From the NCBI GenBank assembly GCA_964632805.1, contig CAZWCS010000005.1, positions 943 through 64,942 on the forward strand: 64,000 nt of DNA, read 5' to 3'. The notes under the pieces were generated by a model. It saw nothing but the letters and a program-made list of their open reading frames with translations, was not told where the DNA came from and searched no databases. The stretch comes from an uncultured Desulfobacterales bacterium. GTDB taxonomy: Bacteria; Desulfobacterota; Desulfobacteria; Desulfobacterales; Desulfosudaceae. Positions within the stretch are counted from its first letter, which is position 1. The number at the start of each line of letters is the position of its first letter. Below are positions 62,902 through 64,000 of the stretch, piece by piece. The position numbers were made by a program, and so were the translations under genes.

Positions 62902-64000
62902 ATTTTTTCACGGATTCAAACATCACCTTAACATTCTCCGGCTTGCCGTCCGGGGCCAGTTCACAGCCGGACCCCAGGCAGTAGCCCCCGTCTTTGCCCA
63001 CCACTTCAATGAGTTTGCGACAGTATTGATCCACATCGTCCGGTGTTCCCGTAGCCAGCATCTGGGCCGGGACATCGCCGTAAATGCAGATATGACCTTG
63101 CAGGATATCCTTGGCCCGGAAAATGTCCGAGGTGCCGTCAAACTGGATCATGCATTTGCGGGGCGGCAGATCCAGCAGGATTTCCAGGTTTTTGTCCCAG
63201 TTGCCGTCACAGTGAAGCACCAGATCAAATCCTTTTTCGGCCAGGCGGGTAACTATGGCCTTCAGAGAAGGAAAGGAAAGTTGCTGGAACTGTTTGGGGG
63301 AGATAAACGAGTTGGAGGAGCGGTGGAGAAATATCCAGGTTCGTTTGGGGCCGCCGATCATCCGGGCCACCACCTCGGACAGATACACAAAACTGTCTAC
63401 GCAGGCATTGGCGGCTTCCGCGATTTCCTCCGGCCGCTGGAAAATATCCCGGGAAAAAGTTGTCATGGAACGCAGCAGGGAAAAATTGTCAAACGGCGCC
63501 ATCAGGGCGCTGTTCCATAACCGCGGTACCCCCCGTTTTTCCCATTTTTTCCGGAAGCGCCGGAACCAGAGTGTATCCCAGCCCAGCTTGGAATAAACGG
63601 ACAAAAGCATGAGCAGCGTATTCCGGGGCAAATCGGGATATGTCCGGCGCAACATCTTAACCAGAAAATCTGCATACAGCAGGCGCCGGGGAACGAGACC
63701 CGCATTCCGCAGTGTCTGGTAATCTGCGACGGTCATGACTTCTTCTTCCATTTGCTGGGCCTGGGCATCCGGAGGTAACTCCTTTCCCGGCCAAGCGGTT
63801 TTCATGGGAATGGTCCAGAGCTGGGTCAGCGGCTGGCTGCTGTTATCATGATAGATGGCGTCAATGGGCCCCAGTTCGCTGTAAAACTTTTCCCAGGCAT
63901 GGGAGCGCTTTTCTTCATCCGTCCACAGTTCGGCCGAGGTAATTCCCGCGTACTGGCTTAAAAAATACCCCAGCAACGGCACCACCGGCACCCGGTCCGG
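62885..64000 (-). CDS. uroporphyrinogen-decarboxylase (URO-D)-fold family protein, MtaA/CmuA-like methyltransferase candidate; 5' end probably beyond the window
   Basis: The frame is open to the window edge. (PDR)VPVVPLLGYF resembles the DRVPV start region of URO-D-family proteins. C-terminal DGGYCLGSGCELAPDGKPENVKVM. Confidence 0.6.
   Translation of the reverse strand, partial: PDRVPVVPLLGYFLSQYAGITSAELWTDEEKRSHAWEKFYSELGPIDAIYHDNSSQPLTQLWTIPMKTAWPGKELPPDAQAQQMEEEVMTVADYQTLRNAGLVPRRLLYADFLVKMLRRTYPDLPRNTLLMLLSVYSKLGWDTLWFRRFRKKWEKRGVPRLWNSALMAPFDNFSLLRSMTTFSRDIFQRPEEIAEAANACVDSFVYLSEVVARMIGGPKRTWIFLHRSSNSFISPKQFQQLSFPSLKAIVTRLAEKGFDLVLHCDGNWDKNLEILLDLPPRKCMIQFDGTSDIFRAKDILQGHICIYGDVPAQMLATGTPDDVDQYCRKLIEVVGKDGGYCLGSGCELAPDGKPENVKVMFESVKKYGYYN

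Noticed and set aside
1-64000. CRISPR arrays, rRNA/tRNA genes, transposases, integrases, phage or conjugation genes, and recognisable defence systems other than vapBC
   Set aside because: None was seen on either strand. No regularly spaced direct repeats are present, and no ORF has transposase, integrase, Cas or restriction-modification motifs.

Overview
This is a 64-kb chromosomal segment. Gene content (LptD, a tungsten-type aldehyde:ferredoxin oxidoreductase, ADP-forming acyl-CoA synthetases, many Fe-S proteins) suggests an anaerobic diderm of the Desulfobacterota or 'Deltaproteobacteria' type, but that is inference only. About 52 protein-coding genes are supportable, densely packed on both strands. 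I saw no rRNA, tRNA, CRISPR array, integrase or transposase.

Ordinary content:
- Housekeeping: RsuA/RluB-type pseudouridine synthase, alr, gltX, metG, holB, a PSP1/RicT-like protein, IHF/HU, lptD, dinB.
- Metabolism: two large acyl-CoA dehydrogenases; two thiolases; an AMP-forming acyl-CoA ligase plus SCP2 protein divergent from a TetR gene, with a perfect 34-bp palindrome between them; AOR flanked by one fused and one split ADP-forming acyl-CoA synthetase; a NifS-type cysteine desulfurase.
- Signalling: an ECF sigma/anti-sigma/CpxP-like operon; a hybrid histidine kinase plus a REC-DUF4388-PilZ-like regulator; a porin/mini-PBP/MCP module.

Most interesting:
1. A translationally coupled triad of a MoxR-type AAA+ ATPase, an HExxH-VWA protein and a protein built of four 28-residue repeats.
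2. Three paralogues of an 18-Cys Fe-S protein with a C-x-C-C-x-C-C-C motif. Two of them lie in a long minus-strand cluster with URO-D-like, MetH-activation-domain-like, SDR, DUF422-like and thiolase genes.
3. An orphan YcaO with no E1-like or TfuA partner, convergent with the cysteine desulfurase, and with a terminator-like hairpin in its nominal 5' end.
4. A 1190-aa GlmS-like amidotransferase with large insertions.
5. A chromosomal ParM-like actin with a small 2-TM neighbour.

All calls come from reading motifs by eye. No database search was run, and family names are recalled from memory.
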